Assembly: GCA_038231435.1 (NCBI GenBank)
Contig: JBBRLJ010000004.1
Coordinates: 79,376-143,375 of the forward strand
DNA length: 64,000 nt
From: Planctomycetota bacterium
Lineage (GTDB): Bacteria; Planctomycetota; UBA11346
Direction: 5' to 3'
In this document: piece after piece, positions 48,520-57,871 of the stretch
How positions within the stretch are numbered: the first letter of the stretch is position 1
Layout of the letters: each line of letters opens with the position of its first letter
The notes under the pieces: model-generated
What the model was told of the DNA's origin: nothing
Database searches by the model: none
Seen by the model: only the letters and a program-made list of their open reading frames with translations
Made by a program: the position numbers and the translations under genes

Positions 48520-49731
48520 GTGCACCTGTATCTGCATGTCCCCTACTGCGCGGCGAAATGCCCCTATTGCGATTTCAACTCGATCGCTGGACGCGATGCC
48601 GAGCACGCAGCCTACGTCGAGGCGCTGCTCGTCGAGGTGGGCCGCCTGCCGCGGGGACCGTACGACACCGTGTTCCTCGGCGGCGGCACGCCGAGCATCC
48701 TGTCGGCGAGCCTGCTCGCGCGACTGCTCGCGGGCGTCCGCGACCACATCGGACTGTCCGACGACTATGAATGGACCTGCGAGGCCAACCCCGGCTCGGC
48801 GGATGCCGAGCGCTTCGCGGTGATGGCCGAGCACGGCGTCAACCGGCTGAGCGTCGGCGTCCAGTCCACCCACGATCGGCATCTGCGTTTCCTCGGTCGG
48901 GTGCACGACGCCCCCCAGGCGGAGCGCGCGCTGGCGATGGCGCGGTCGGTCGTACCACGGGTGTCGGCCGACCTGATCATGGGGCTTCCGGGCCAGACCG
49001 CGGACGAGCTGCGCGCCGATCTCGAGCTCTATCGGCGTCACGACCTGGGCCACGCCTCGGTCTATCATCTCACCTACGAGCCCGGGACCGAGTTCCATGC
49101 GCGCCGCGCGCGCGGCGAACTCGCAGACATCGATGCGGGACTCAGCCGCGAGCACTTCGCGCTGCTGTGGGACGCACTCGAGGCGCTCGGACTCGCCGCT
49201 TACGAGACCAGCAACTTCGCGCGTCCGGGACACGAATCGCGGCACAACCTCGCGTATTGGCGGCAACGCGACTACCATGCGGCTGGCGCCGGCGCGGTGA
49301 GCACGCTCGCTGGCCGGCGCGTCACCCGCGAAAAGCACAGCGGCGCGTACATCGCGGCGATCACGTCAGGCGGCGACGCCACCTGGAGGACCGAGCTGCT
49401 CACGTCATCGGACATCCTGGCCGAGGCCTGGATGCTCGGCCTGCGACTGCGCGAAGGCGTCGACGGCGCGCGCCTGGCCGCGCTCGGCGACGACGAACAG
49501 CGCTGGCGACCACTGGTCGACGCGCTGGCGAGCGAAGGCCTGGTGCATGAACACGATGGACGCATCTCGCTCACGCGCCTGGGGCGGCCGGTGCAGGACG
49601 AGGTGACGGTGCAGCTCATGCCGGAGCCGGGACGGATCCCGAAGGTGGTTCCTCTGCCGAATCCACTGCCGAGTCCATTGCCGAGTCCATTGCCAAAAGC
49701 AGCGCGCGGATCGACACTCGACAAGACCTGA
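48520..49731 (+). CDS. hemW: Radical SAM heme chaperone HemW (HemN-like)
   Basis: YLHVPYCAAKCPYCDF, GGGTPS, EANP, YETSNFA, HNLAYW. Confidence 0.92.
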   Translation: MHLYLHVPYCAAKCPYCDFNSIAGRDAEHAAYVEALLVEVGRLPRGPYDTVFLGGGTPSILSASLLARLLAGVRDHIGLSDDYEWTCEANPGSADAERFAVMAEHGVNRLSVGVQSTHDRHLRFLGRVHDAPQAERALAMARSVVPRVSADLIMGLPGQTADELRADLELYRRHDLGHASVYHLTYEPGTEFHARRARGELADIDAGLSREHFALLWDALEALGLAAYETSNFARPGHESRHNLAYWRQRDYHAAGAGAVSTLAGRRVTREKHSGAYIAAITSGGDATWRTELLTSSDILAEAWMLGLRLREGVDGARLAALGDDEQRWRPLVDALASEGLVHEHDGRISLTRLGRPVQDEVTVQLMPEPGRIPKVVPLPNPLPSPLPSPLPKAARGSTLDKT

Positions 49732-49746
49732 GACCGCCGAGCGCGC

Positions 49747-50769
49747 TCAGCGCTGGCGGCGGTCGGGGCGTCGCGGCGGCTGGTTCTTGCCCGGTTTGGC
49801 GTCCGGATCTCCGAAGCGGTCGAGGTTGTCGGTGGCGCCCTGCACCACCTCCATCGCCAGGTCCTCGCTGAGATGACCGATGACGATGTGCGTCCAGACG
49901 TAGTAGATGGTGAAGGATAGCGGCGGCACCTGCTGCATCTTCTCCCACTCGGGCCCCATCGAGCGGATGTCCTTCACCATGTCGTCGATGACGCCGATGA
50001 GGCCATAGACTGCCTCGACCGGGATGCGCGCGCCCCGGTTGTGCAGCGATAGGATGACCGCCGCCTCGAGCAGGCCGCCTTCTCCAGGGACGAACGCCTG
50101 CTCATCCTCGGTGATCAGCGGCGGCGGTTCCTCGGCATGTTGGTAGGCGGCCACCAACTCCGCGACCCAGGCCTCGATCGAAGCGGGCGGCCGGCGGCTG
50201 ATGGGCCACGGCTCGCCGTCATCGTCCTCCTCGTCATCCTCCCCCTCGGCCCCGTCATCGCTGTCATCCGCGCTATCCTCGCCGCTCGCGGCGCCGTCGG
50301 CGCCGCCATCGACGGAAGCGTTCTCGGCGAGCACCTCTGCGTCCTCGTCCTCCTCGGCGGCATCCCAGCATGCCGGCAGGATCCGGCCGGCTGCCCGTTC
50401 ATCGAGACGCCGTGCGTGGACATGGGCCGCGAGATAGTAGAGCAGGAAGTGCTGGAGGTCGTCGAGATGCACGTCATCGGGATCGCCGGGCGCCAGGCGC
50501 CTGAGCTCGACGGTGATGTCGGTGATCGCATCCATGTCGACGGTCGATGCCCCGCCCGGGACCTGGGCCGCGCCGCCGCGTGCCTCGAGTGCTTGGACCA
50601 CCGCCTGCTCGGCGTTGAAGCGCCAGCGTTCGCTCTCGCTCACCTCGCCGCCATCGCTGGCGAGCGCCGCGTTCATCGCCGCCTCTTCCGCCCGGTCGAG
50701 ACCGGCGAGCACCTCTCGCAACCAACCGGCCGGCGTATCCGGCATGGGCGTAGGCTTGGGGCTGGGCAT
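49747..50769 (-). CDS. Hypothetical protein with two homologous helical domains and an acidic linker (start uncertain)
   Basis: Repeated pattern W..E..AEE / E.AV..L..RG / F..YY...H...L.E..A on either side of a D/E-rich linker. Confidence 0.7.
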   Translation of the reverse strand: MPSPKPTPMPDTPAGWLREVLAGLDRAEEAAMNAALASDGGEVSESERWRFNAEQAVVQALEARGGAAQVPGGASTVDMDAITDITVELRRLAPGDPDDVHLDDLQHFLLYYLAAHVHARRLDERAAGRILPACWDAAEEDEDAEVLAENASVDGGADGAASGEDSADDSDDGAEGEDDEEDDDGEPWPISRRPPASIEAWVAELVAAYQHAEEPPPLITEDEQAFVPGEGGLLEAAVILSLHNRGARIPVEAVYGLIGVIDDMVKDIRSMGPEWEKMQQVPPLSFTIYYVWTHIVIGHLSEDLAMEVVQGATDNLDRFGDPDAKPGKNQPPRRPDRRQR

Positions 50770-50956
50770 GACACCATCCACGATGGTGCCCGGTGCCAGC
50801 CTGCAACGCCCAGCTCTCGCAACGTTCCCGCGGACCCCGCCAGCCGTATCGCCCAGCACACGTGGGGTCCACCTGGGCGGCCGGGCGGGCGCGGTTGGGG
50901 ATGGTGCTGGAGCGACGTGCGTTATCGCCGAGGCGTACGCATCGGCCGACCAGCGC

Positions 50957-52843
50957 CTAACGTCCCATGTTCTCCCACGCTAGCTCGCACTCGAGCGGCG
51001 TGTCGGTCAACAGCCCCTTCAGCGTCGGGTCCGGCAGGGTGATCTGACTGCGCAGCATGATGCCATCGGCGATCTGGGTCTGGAGGACCTGCAGCAGCAC
51101 CGGAACCCCGAGCGCCACCTTCGGCCACTCGATCACATCGCTGAATAGTTCGCTGGCGGTGAGATCGCAGGTGGTGGGATGGAGGATGATGAAGGATTGG
51201 TCGGAAAGGCGCCGGATCAGCACCACCGTGTGCTCACCCGAACGCGCCGGCATGTGCAAGGTGACTTCGCCAGCGATCATGCTCAAGCCGCGGACGCTGT
51301 AGACCGCCAGTGGCTCGGCCTTGTTGCGTACCGTCAGCGGCGGCATGCGCAGTCCGTAGCCCTTGCCCTTGAACTCGCCCCAGGTCGCCTTGGTCACCAG
51401 CACGTGGCCCTTGCCGGCGGCGTGCTCGATGCGGGATGCGATATTGACCGCGTCGCCGAGGAGCGTGTAGCCGATCTGGTTGCTCGAACCGATGTTGCCG
51501 GCGACCACCGCCCCGGAATTGATGCCGATGCCGTGCGCGAGCACCGTTCCGCCGTCGCGCTCCTGGAGGCTGTTGAAGCCGACCAGCGCGTTCTGCATGG
51601 ACAGCGCTGCATGGCAGGCGTGTGCGGCGGAATCGCCCTTATCGAAGGGGATGCCCCAGAAAGCCATGATCGCATCGCCGATGAACTTATCGATCGCGCC
51701 GTTCTCGTTGACGATGCACGGAACCATGCGGTCGAAATAGCTGTTCATCAGGCGGACCACCGCCTCTGGCTCGGTGGTGCGTTCCGAAATGCGGGTGAAG
51801 CCGATGACGTCGCTGAAGAGGATGGTGCCGGTATAGGTCTTTCCGCCGGGCGCGATGTCGAGATTTCCGTCGAGCACCTGCTGCGCGACCGGACCGGGCA
51901 GGAAGCGCAGCAGATTGGTGCGATTCGCAGTCTCCTTCTCGACCTTGGCGAGCAGCAGCGCGTTGTGCAGCGCGATGGCCGCCTGCTGGCTCACCGAGAC
52001 CGCGAGCTCGAGGTCAGCGGCGGTGAAGGCGCGGTTGCGATCGGCGGTGTCGATCTGCAGGAGGCCCAGGATCTCATCGTTGACCATCAATGGGATGGTC
52101 ATCGCGCTGCGTATCTTCAGCGAGACGATCGACATGCCCTGGTCGAAATCACCGGTGTTCTGGTCGTTGAAGAGGAAGGCGCTCTTCGACTCGAGCGCCT
52201 TCTTGCAGATGGTGTTCGAGACCGTGAGGTTGTCGGAAGCGCCTTTGTTGCGCTGGCGGACCGCCTTCGGATCGAGCTTGCCCGCCTGGCTGCCGAGCAT
52301 GAGGAAGCCGCGGTCGGCCTGCGGCAGGACCTCGAAGAGCGTGTCGAGGATGCCGCCGAGCACCTCGTCGAGCTTGGCGATGTTCACCAGCGCCTTGGAA
52401 ACCTTCATCACCGCGTTCAGACGCGACGTCAGCACCTCGGCGCTGACCACCTGCGCCTTCGGCATCTCCGAAACCGACATCACGATCGAGTTGCTGAGAT
52501 CGGCGTCGGCCTCCTTGAAGCTGAAGATGGAACTCGAATTCGAATCCTTCGCGTCCAGGCTCTGGCGCTGGATGCGGATGCGGGTCTCGCCCAGGCGCAC
52601 GACATCGCCGTGGTGGACGACCACCGTGGTGATGCGCTGGTCATTGACGTAGGTGCCGTTCGATGACCCGTTGTCGCCAACGCTCAGGGTGGTGCCGTCC
52701 CACAGGATCTTGGCGTGCTGGCGGCTGGCGTTCGGGTCCGGGACCTCGAGCGAGCAGTCTGGGCTGCGACCGGCGATGAGGTTCGCCTTGACCGGCACCA
52801 TCTCGCCGGCCTTGGGTCCGCTCAGGAACACCAAGTCGTACAT
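50957..52843 (-). CDS. FHA-GAF-class III adenylate cyclase
   Basis: FHA GR..SRQHA..SSNGTYVN; GAF; cyclase FSDVIGFT, DKFIGDAIM, YTLLGDAVNIASR. Confidence 0.93.
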   Translation of the reverse strand: MYDLVFLSGPKAGEMVPVKANLIAGRSPDCSLEVPDPNASRQHAKILWDGTTLSVGDNGSSNGTYVNDQRITTVVVHHGDVVRLGETRIRIQRQSLDAKDSNSSSIFSFKEADADLSNSIVMSVSEMPKAQVVSAEVLTSRLNAVMKVSKALVNIAKLDEVLGGILDTLFEVLPQADRGFLMLGSQAGKLDPKAVRQRNKGASDNLTVSNTICKKALESKSAFLFNDQNTGDFDQGMSIVSLKIRSAMTIPLMVNDEILGLLQIDTADRNRAFTAADLELAVSVSQQAAIALHNALLLAKVEKETANRTNLLRFLPGPVAQQVLDGNLDIAPGGKTYTGTILFSDVIGFTRISERTTEPEAVVRLMNSYFDRMVPCIVNENGAIDKFIGDAIMAFWGIPFDKGDSAAHACHAALSMQNALVGFNSLQERDGGTVLAHGIGINSGAVVAGNIGSSNQIGYTLLGDAVNIASRIEHAAGKGHVLVTKATWGEFKGKGYGLRMPPLTVRNKAEPLAVYSVRGLSMIAGEVTLHMPARSGEHTVVLIRRLSDQSFIILHPTTCDLTASELFSDVIEWPKVALGVPVLLQVLQTQIADGIMLRSQITLPDPTLKGLLTDTPLECELAWENMGR

Positions 52844-52989
52844 GGCATGGTCCTAAACCGTCCAGCGTTCAAGTAAACACGTTGCTCGATCGTTGCCCGC
52901 GCGATTGCAACGTCAGCCCGTGCGTCTGCAACGAATGAACAAGCGGACTCGCAGGTCCACCCCTGAGGTCCACCGGCGGGCGGCGGTGA

Positions 52990-53523
52990 TCACCCCTCGG
53001 GGACCAGGACCTTTTCGAGATGGAGGACACCCAGGGCCCGCCGCATCGTCAGGTTGGTGCCCCGCAGCGCGATCTTGCCGCCAGGAAGACGCTGGGCGAG
53101 CGTCACCAGCCACGCGATGGTGGAGGAATTGAACTCGTCCAGGCGCGAGACGTCCACCGTCAGGCGGCTGACGCTGACGTCCTTCAACCAGGAGTGGGCC
53201 TTCTCCTCCCAGATGGCGTTCCAGGTCAGGATCTTGCGCGACAAGGTCAGCAGGGCGTGGCCGGCTTGCGGAATGTTCAGCGAGAACGGGCGGATGTCAC
53301 TGTCCTCGTCGGCGCCCGGCGCGTACTGGCGGAGCTGGTCGAGCAGGGTCTGCAGCGGACGCATGCCATCGCTGACCAGCCTGAGCCGATCGATGGTGAC
53401 GTCGTCGTTGCCGCGGGGCAGGACGGTCAGGCATTCACCCAGCAGGCGTTGCAGCACCACGCGCTGATGAGGGCTCAGCGAGTCGACGAAATAGCCGATC
53501 TCCTTGTCGTGGGCGTCGCTCAT
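52990..53523 (-). CDS. STAS-domain (anti-sigma antagonist-like) protein
   Basis: C-terminal VDVSRLDEFNSSTIAWLV..GGKIALRG..RRALGVLHLEKVL. Confidence 0.72.
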   Translation of the reverse strand: MSDAHDKEIGYFVDSLSPHQRVVLQRLLGECLTVLPRGNDDVTIDRLRLVSDGMRPLQTLLDQLRQYAPGADEDSDIRPFSLNIPQAGHALLTLSRKILTWNAIWEEKAHSWLKDVSVSRLTVDVSRLDEFNSSTIAWLVTLAQRLPGGKIALRGTNLTMRRALGVLHLEKVLVPEG

Positions 53524-53594
53524 GAGTCTTGGCCGCGACCATACACCTCAGCCATCACCCCCGCAATGCCTGCACGTCGACTGGGCCTGCTATT

Positions 53595-54024
53595 TGTTTC
53601 GGGGGCTTTGCCCCCGGGCCCCCACGGGCTTTGTCGTGGCTCGATGTCGCCGGAGGACGGCGACATCGTGGGCGGATGGGCTGCGCCCATTGTATCCGCC
53701 CACCGCCACTCGGCGCCCGGGCGCTGGCGCTCCGGGGAGACGCGGCGACGTCGCGGCTATGTGTTTCGGGGGCTCTGCCCCCGGGCCCCCACGGGCTTTG
53801 TCGTGGCTCGATGGCGCCAGAGGCCGGCGACATCGTGGGCGGATGGGCTACGCCCATTGTATCCGCCCACCGCCACTCGGCGCCCGGGCGCTGGCGCTCC
53901 GGGGAGACGCGGCGACGTCGCTGCTAGGTGTTTCGGGGGCTCTGCCCCCGGGCCCCCAGGGGCTTTGTCGGGGCTCGATGGCGCCGGAGAACGGCGACAT
54001 CAAGTCCCGACAAAGCCCGTGGGG
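53595..54024. repeat. 167-bp tandem array (about 2.4 copies) of multi-hairpin REP/BIME-like units
   Basis: Units start TGTTTCGGGGGC at 53595, 53762 and 53929; they contain GGGGGC-TYT-GCCCCC and GTGGGCGGAT...ATCCGCCCAC hairpins. Confidence 0.9.
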
Positions 54025-54056
54025 TAGGCCGATAAGCCGTAGGGGCGGAGCCCCTG

Positions 54057-54896
54057 CTAAAACAGCGTCGTCTGCTGGCCTTTGATGGCCACGAAATCCA
54101 CGGCGCGCGCGAAGGGCACGTGCACCTTGTCCCACTTGCGGCGGTAGACGTGGTCGGCGAACTCCTTGAGGTTCACGCAGTCGGCTTTGCAGTAGGTGGT
54201 GAGTCGCTTGTACGCGGCGATGTCGCCACCCTTCCAGGCGCCCCACAGCTGGATGGCTTCGGTGCCGCGCATGTCCTTGATGTCGGCCGAGCGCACGATG
54301 CCGAGCTGTTTCTCCATGTCCTTCAATCCACCGCCGAGGCCGAGCGTGCGCGCCGGCGGCAGCAGGTCGAGGTGGGGCTGCTCGAAGCGGAAGTTGGATT
54401 CGCGGAAGTGCTTTTCGATGAATGGCACGTCGAAACCAGAGCCGTTGAAGGTGACGACCAGGTCGTAATTGCGGATCGCCGCGCGGAAGGAGTCGAGGAC
54501 TTCATCGCCCGGCTGCGGGCGTCCGGCGACGTACACCCGCGCCGAGGCCCCGTCGGCCAAGCCGATGACGGTGATCTGGTCGTAGCCGGGAGTCAGGCCG
54601 GTGGTCTCGATGTCGACCAGGGCGACACGCTCGGCGGGACAATAGCCCTGCCACAGACGCCAGAGCTCCTTGTCGGGCCAGTGAGCGCGGAACCAGGCCA
54701 CGTCCTTGGTCAGATGCGCCTGCTGAGCCTCGTTCACCGCCTCGAGCAGCTTCTGGCAGCGGCCGGCGCCGATCACCTCGGCGACCTCCTCGGGGTGCTT
54801 GCGCAGCAACTCCCAAGAGGTGATGCCATGCGCCCAGACCGCCCGCTCCATCTCTTCGTTCATACCCTTGGCGAAGATGAAGCTGCTGGTGAGCAT
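54057..54896 (-). CDS. YprB/RNase_H_2-like DEDD exonuclease (alternative start 54914)
   Basis: LVDIETTGL, VTFNGSGFDVPF, HLDL, GGLKDMEKQLGI.R, YCKAD; ends QQTTLF. Confidence 0.87.
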   Translation of the reverse strand: MLTSSFIFAKGMNEEMERAVWAHGITSWELLRKHPEEVAEVIGAGRCQKLLEAVNEAQQAHLTKDVAWFRAHWPDKELWRLWQGYCPAERVALVDIETTGLTPGYDQITVIGLADGASARVYVAGRPQPGDEVLDSFRAAIRNYDLVVTFNGSGFDVPFIEKHFRESNFRFEQPHLDLLPPARTLGLGGGLKDMEKQLGIVRSADIKDMRGTEAIQLWGAWKGGDIAAYKRLTTYCKADCVNLKEFADHVYRRKWDKVHVPFARAVDFVAIKGQQTTLF

Positions 54897-54977
54897 CGCG
54901 GACTCCGTCCCCATGATGCCAGGTGACGATCAGCGGCAAGGCGGGGTTTTGCCCATCCATTCGACGGGTTGTCCACA

Positions 54978-55068
54978 AGGTGGTGTATGGTGGGTGGTGT
55001 GTAGTGTCTGGGGACAGCGACCGGTCGGCGTTCCCACCACACATCAAACACCACACACCGAACACCAG
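54978..55068. repeat. Inverted pair of heptamer arrays, second sequence family (GGTGTGT/ACACCAC)
   Basis: GGTGGTGTATGGTGGGTGGTGTGTAGTGT followed by CACCACACATCAAACACCACACACCGAACACC. Confidence 0.7.
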
Positions 55069-55071
55069 AAA

Positions 55072-55527
55072 ATGAAATTCCCCTCCTTCTCGCTCCTCGG
55101 CTCCGACGGCAAGACCCACAAGCTCGCCGATTACAAGGGCGCGCCCCTGATCGTGTACTTCTACCCCAAGGACGCGACCTCGGGCTGCACGGTGCAGGCG
55201 TGCGGATTCCGCGACCGCCATGCGGCACTCGCGAAGGCCGGCATACCGGTACTGGGCATCAGCCCGGACGGCATCGACAGCCACCGCCGCTTTGTCGCCA
55301 AGCAGGAGCTCCCGTTCGTCCTGCTCGTGGACGAGGATCACCGCCTGGCAGAGAAGCTCGCGGTGTGGAAGATGAAGAAGCTCTATGGGCGCAGCTTCAT
55401 GGGCATCGAACGCAGCACCTTCCTGATCGGCGGCGATGGAGCCATCGCCCGGGAATGGCGCAAGGTGCGCGTCGCCGGCCATGTCGACGAGGTGGTGGTG
55501 GCGGCAAAGGAATTGGCATCGGCGTGA
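55072..55527 (+). CDS. bcp: Peroxiredoxin BCP/PrxQ
   Basis: YFYPKDATSGCTVQACGFRD, GISPD, ERSTFLI. Confidence 0.95.
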   Translation: MKFPSFSLLGSDGKTHKLADYKGAPLIVYFYPKDATSGCTVQACGFRDRHAALAKAGIPVLGISPDGIDSHRRFVAKQELPFVLLVDEDHRLAEKLAVWKMKKLYGRSFMGIERSTFLIGGDGAIAREWRKVRVAGHVDEVVVAAKELASA

Positions 55528-55567
55528 ACCGCGACATGCCGCCGGCGGCAATGCTCCCACCGAGCGG

Positions 55568-57871
55568 ATGCTCCTGGTCCGCCGTGGTCAGCGGTCTATC
55601 CTCGGCGTTCCCCTCGCCATGGCCGCACTCCCGCATCCGCGCAGACGCTGGCTGTTCCCCGCTACGCTCGCAGCCGTGGGCGCGATCAGTTCGTGGGCGT
55701 ACGCGCACATGCCGGCGCCGAACCTCCTCGGCCACGCGCGCGTCTACAACAGCGTCACCTTGGCTGCCCCGGGCATGCGCCAGGACTGGACGATGCACCT
55801 GCGCCTGGACCCGGCGACCAAGCCGCCCGGGGCGCGCTGGATCCTGCACGAGGGCAAACAGGTCGGCGAGGGTTACGAGCTGCGCTGGCTGCCCGAGAAG
55901 CTGGGCCTGCAGGTCTACCGGGCCCCGGACGAACTCCTCCTCGGCACCTGCCGGCTCGAGCGTATGCCGCGTACGGTGGACTTCATCCGCCGCGGTGCCT
56001 GGTTCCGCGTGCTCGCCGACGGCGCCGAGGCCCTGACCTGCCTCGATCCGATGGGTCTCGCCGAGCAGATCGTCATTCCCGACCAATCGCAGGCGTGGGG
56101 CTGCTGGACGGCCACCGACAACAGCATGGGCGAGGCCGAGATCACGCTGATCGACGACCGGGCAGCGCCAGCGACCCCAGATGGCGGCGACACGTCCTTC
56201 GCGTCGCGAGAGCACCGCGACCTCGATGCGATCGCGCGCGTGCGCGCTGCGCTCGCCATCGATCCCGCCAAGCAGCCGTCGACAGAGCGGCTTCAGCGCG
56301 CGCTCGGCCTGGCGGCGAAATCGCTCGAAGCGCTGCCGGTCGGATCGGGGATCTACCAGCGGCTCCGCCACTGGCTTGCGCTGGTCGAGATCCGCATCGC
56401 GGTATCGCACGCTGATTTCGAATCCGCCGAGTGCGCGAACGACGCGGTGGAGCAACTGGCGATGCTGTGCGACGCCGCGCCCGTACCCGAGACCACGGGC
56501 ATGCTCATGTCCCTGCTGCCGAGACTGGCCACCCTCGCCTGCTGGAGGCCGGCGTTCCCGGCGGCGCCGACCGACGAACTGGACGCGGTCATCGCCGATC
56601 TCACCCCAGAGGCGGCGAAGCGCGACGGGGTGGCGCTCAACGGAGGCGCCCTGGTGATCCAAGCCAAGGAAAGCGGCGGCGGCGCCAAACCGAGCCTGCG
56701 CGAAGGCGACGTGATCGTCGAGGTGAATGGCGCCAAGATCTCGGGCGAATACGACCTGCGGCGGGCGATCGCGCGGCCGCCCTCGTCGGCCAAGTTCACC
56801 CTCACGGTGATCCGCGACGGTCGGCCCGCGGCAATCGACGCGAACCTCCAGCACGGCGTGCTGGCCATCCGCGCCATGTGGACGGAAGTGCTCGGCGCCA
56901 CCGCCACGGCCGCGATCCGCACCACGCATCCGGCCATCAGCGACGATCTGCAATATCAGCTGCGGTTGCTGATCCACGCTTCGGGCTGCCTGCAATCACC
57001 CATCGACAAGCCGACGAGACCAGGCGGCGGACCCGATCAGGCACCATCCCGGCGCGGACAGCCGCAGCCAGCGCCGGCCGAAGCCCCGCCATGGCTGGCG
57101 ACCCGTTGGCGCGCCTTCGCCGGAGGCGACCCCGAGGTGCCCCGCTATCCCGAGATGCCCGGATCGCGTACCGACCCGGTGGTGCTGGCGATCGAACTCC
57201 TGATGGAAGGCGCGGTGCTCGAACCGGTCGCCGCGGTGTCGATGCGCCACGGCATCGGCCTGCTGCTGGGCGACAAGGAAGTCGCGCAGGCGCTGCAGGA
57301 GCCGGAACTGCCTCGCTCACGAACGGTGCTGTCGCGCGCGGCCCACGACGCGGCGCTGGTGCTCGACAAGGCGCCGGCACGCGAGGCGGCGATAGCCCAG
57401 GTGCTGCTCGCCCTGCGCGGCATCGGCTCGAAGCAGGCCGTCGTCCAGACCATGGTCGGCGGACGCGTGCCGCTGATCGACAGCGATCCGCTGCTGTTCG
57501 CGGCGGTGAGCGTGCTGCTGCGGCGCAATCCCGATCTCAAGGACGACGACCACGAGACGAACATCCCCGGCACAACGCCGGTGCTGAGGATCCCCCCCGA
57601 ACTCGGTCCCTTCGAGCGGCTGCTCAGCGGACGCTCGAGCACCACCGGCGAGATCTGGCTGCACGATCCGGCGGTGCTGCCCCCGGCGCAGGCGCTCGCG
57701 ACAGCGCTGGCCATGCAAGAGGCGAAAGGCGCGCCCAAGCCTGACTGGGGCCTGCTCAACCAGGTGCGCTGCTTCACCCTGCCGCTCGAGCTGTTGATCC
57801 CCTCCGAGCGCAAGGGAGGTGAAGCGCGGGCTCCGACCGGCGACCAGATCAAGCCGCCCCAGGTTCCCTGA
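55568..57871 (+). CDS. Membrane-anchored protein with an internal PDZ domain (start uncertain)
   Basis: N-terminal TM; SLREGDVIVEVNG..LTVIRDG PDZ signature; remainder unrecognised. Confidence 0.72.
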   Translation: MLLVRRGQRSILGVPLAMAALPHPRRRWLFPATLAAVGAISSWAYAHMPAPNLLGHARVYNSVTLAAPGMRQDWTMHLRLDPATKPPGARWILHEGKQVGEGYELRWLPEKLGLQVYRAPDELLLGTCRLERMPRTVDFIRRGAWFRVLADGAEALTCLDPMGLAEQIVIPDQSQAWGCWTATDNSMGEAEITLIDDRAAPATPDGGDTSFASREHRDLDAIARVRAALAIDPAKQPSTERLQRALGLAAKSLEALPVGSGIYQRLRHWLALVEIRIAVSHADFESAECANDAVEQLAMLCDAAPVPETTGMLMSLLPRLATLACWRPAFPAAPTDELDAVIADLTPEAAKRDGVALNGGALVIQAKESGGGAKPSLREGDVIVEVNGAKISGEYDLRRAIARPPSSAKFTLTVIRDGRPAAIDANLQHGVLAIRAMWTEVLGATATAAIRTTHPAISDDLQYQLRLLIHASGCLQSPIDKPTRPGGGPDQAPSRRGQPQPAPAEAPPWLATRWRAFAGGDPEVPRYPEMPGSRTDPVVLAIELLMEGAVLEPVAAVSMRHGIGLLLGDKEVAQALQEPELPRSRTVLSRAAHDAALVLDKAPAREAAIAQVLLALRGIGSKQAVVQTMVGGRVPLIDSDPLLFAAVSVLLRRNPDLKDDDHETNIPGTTPVLRIPPELGPFERLLSGRSSTTGEIWLHDPAVLPPAQALATALAMQEAKGAPKPDWGLLNQVRCFTLPLELLIPSERKGGEARAPTGDQIKPPQVP

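Noticed and set aside
48520..49731. Radical SAM gene as the missing ArsS partner of the glyco-operon
   Set aside because: Its motifs are those of HemW/HemN, and it lies more than 11 kb away in a separate unit.
53595..54024. CRISPR array
   Set aside because: Units are near-identical over 167 bp with no unique spacers, and no cas genes are present.
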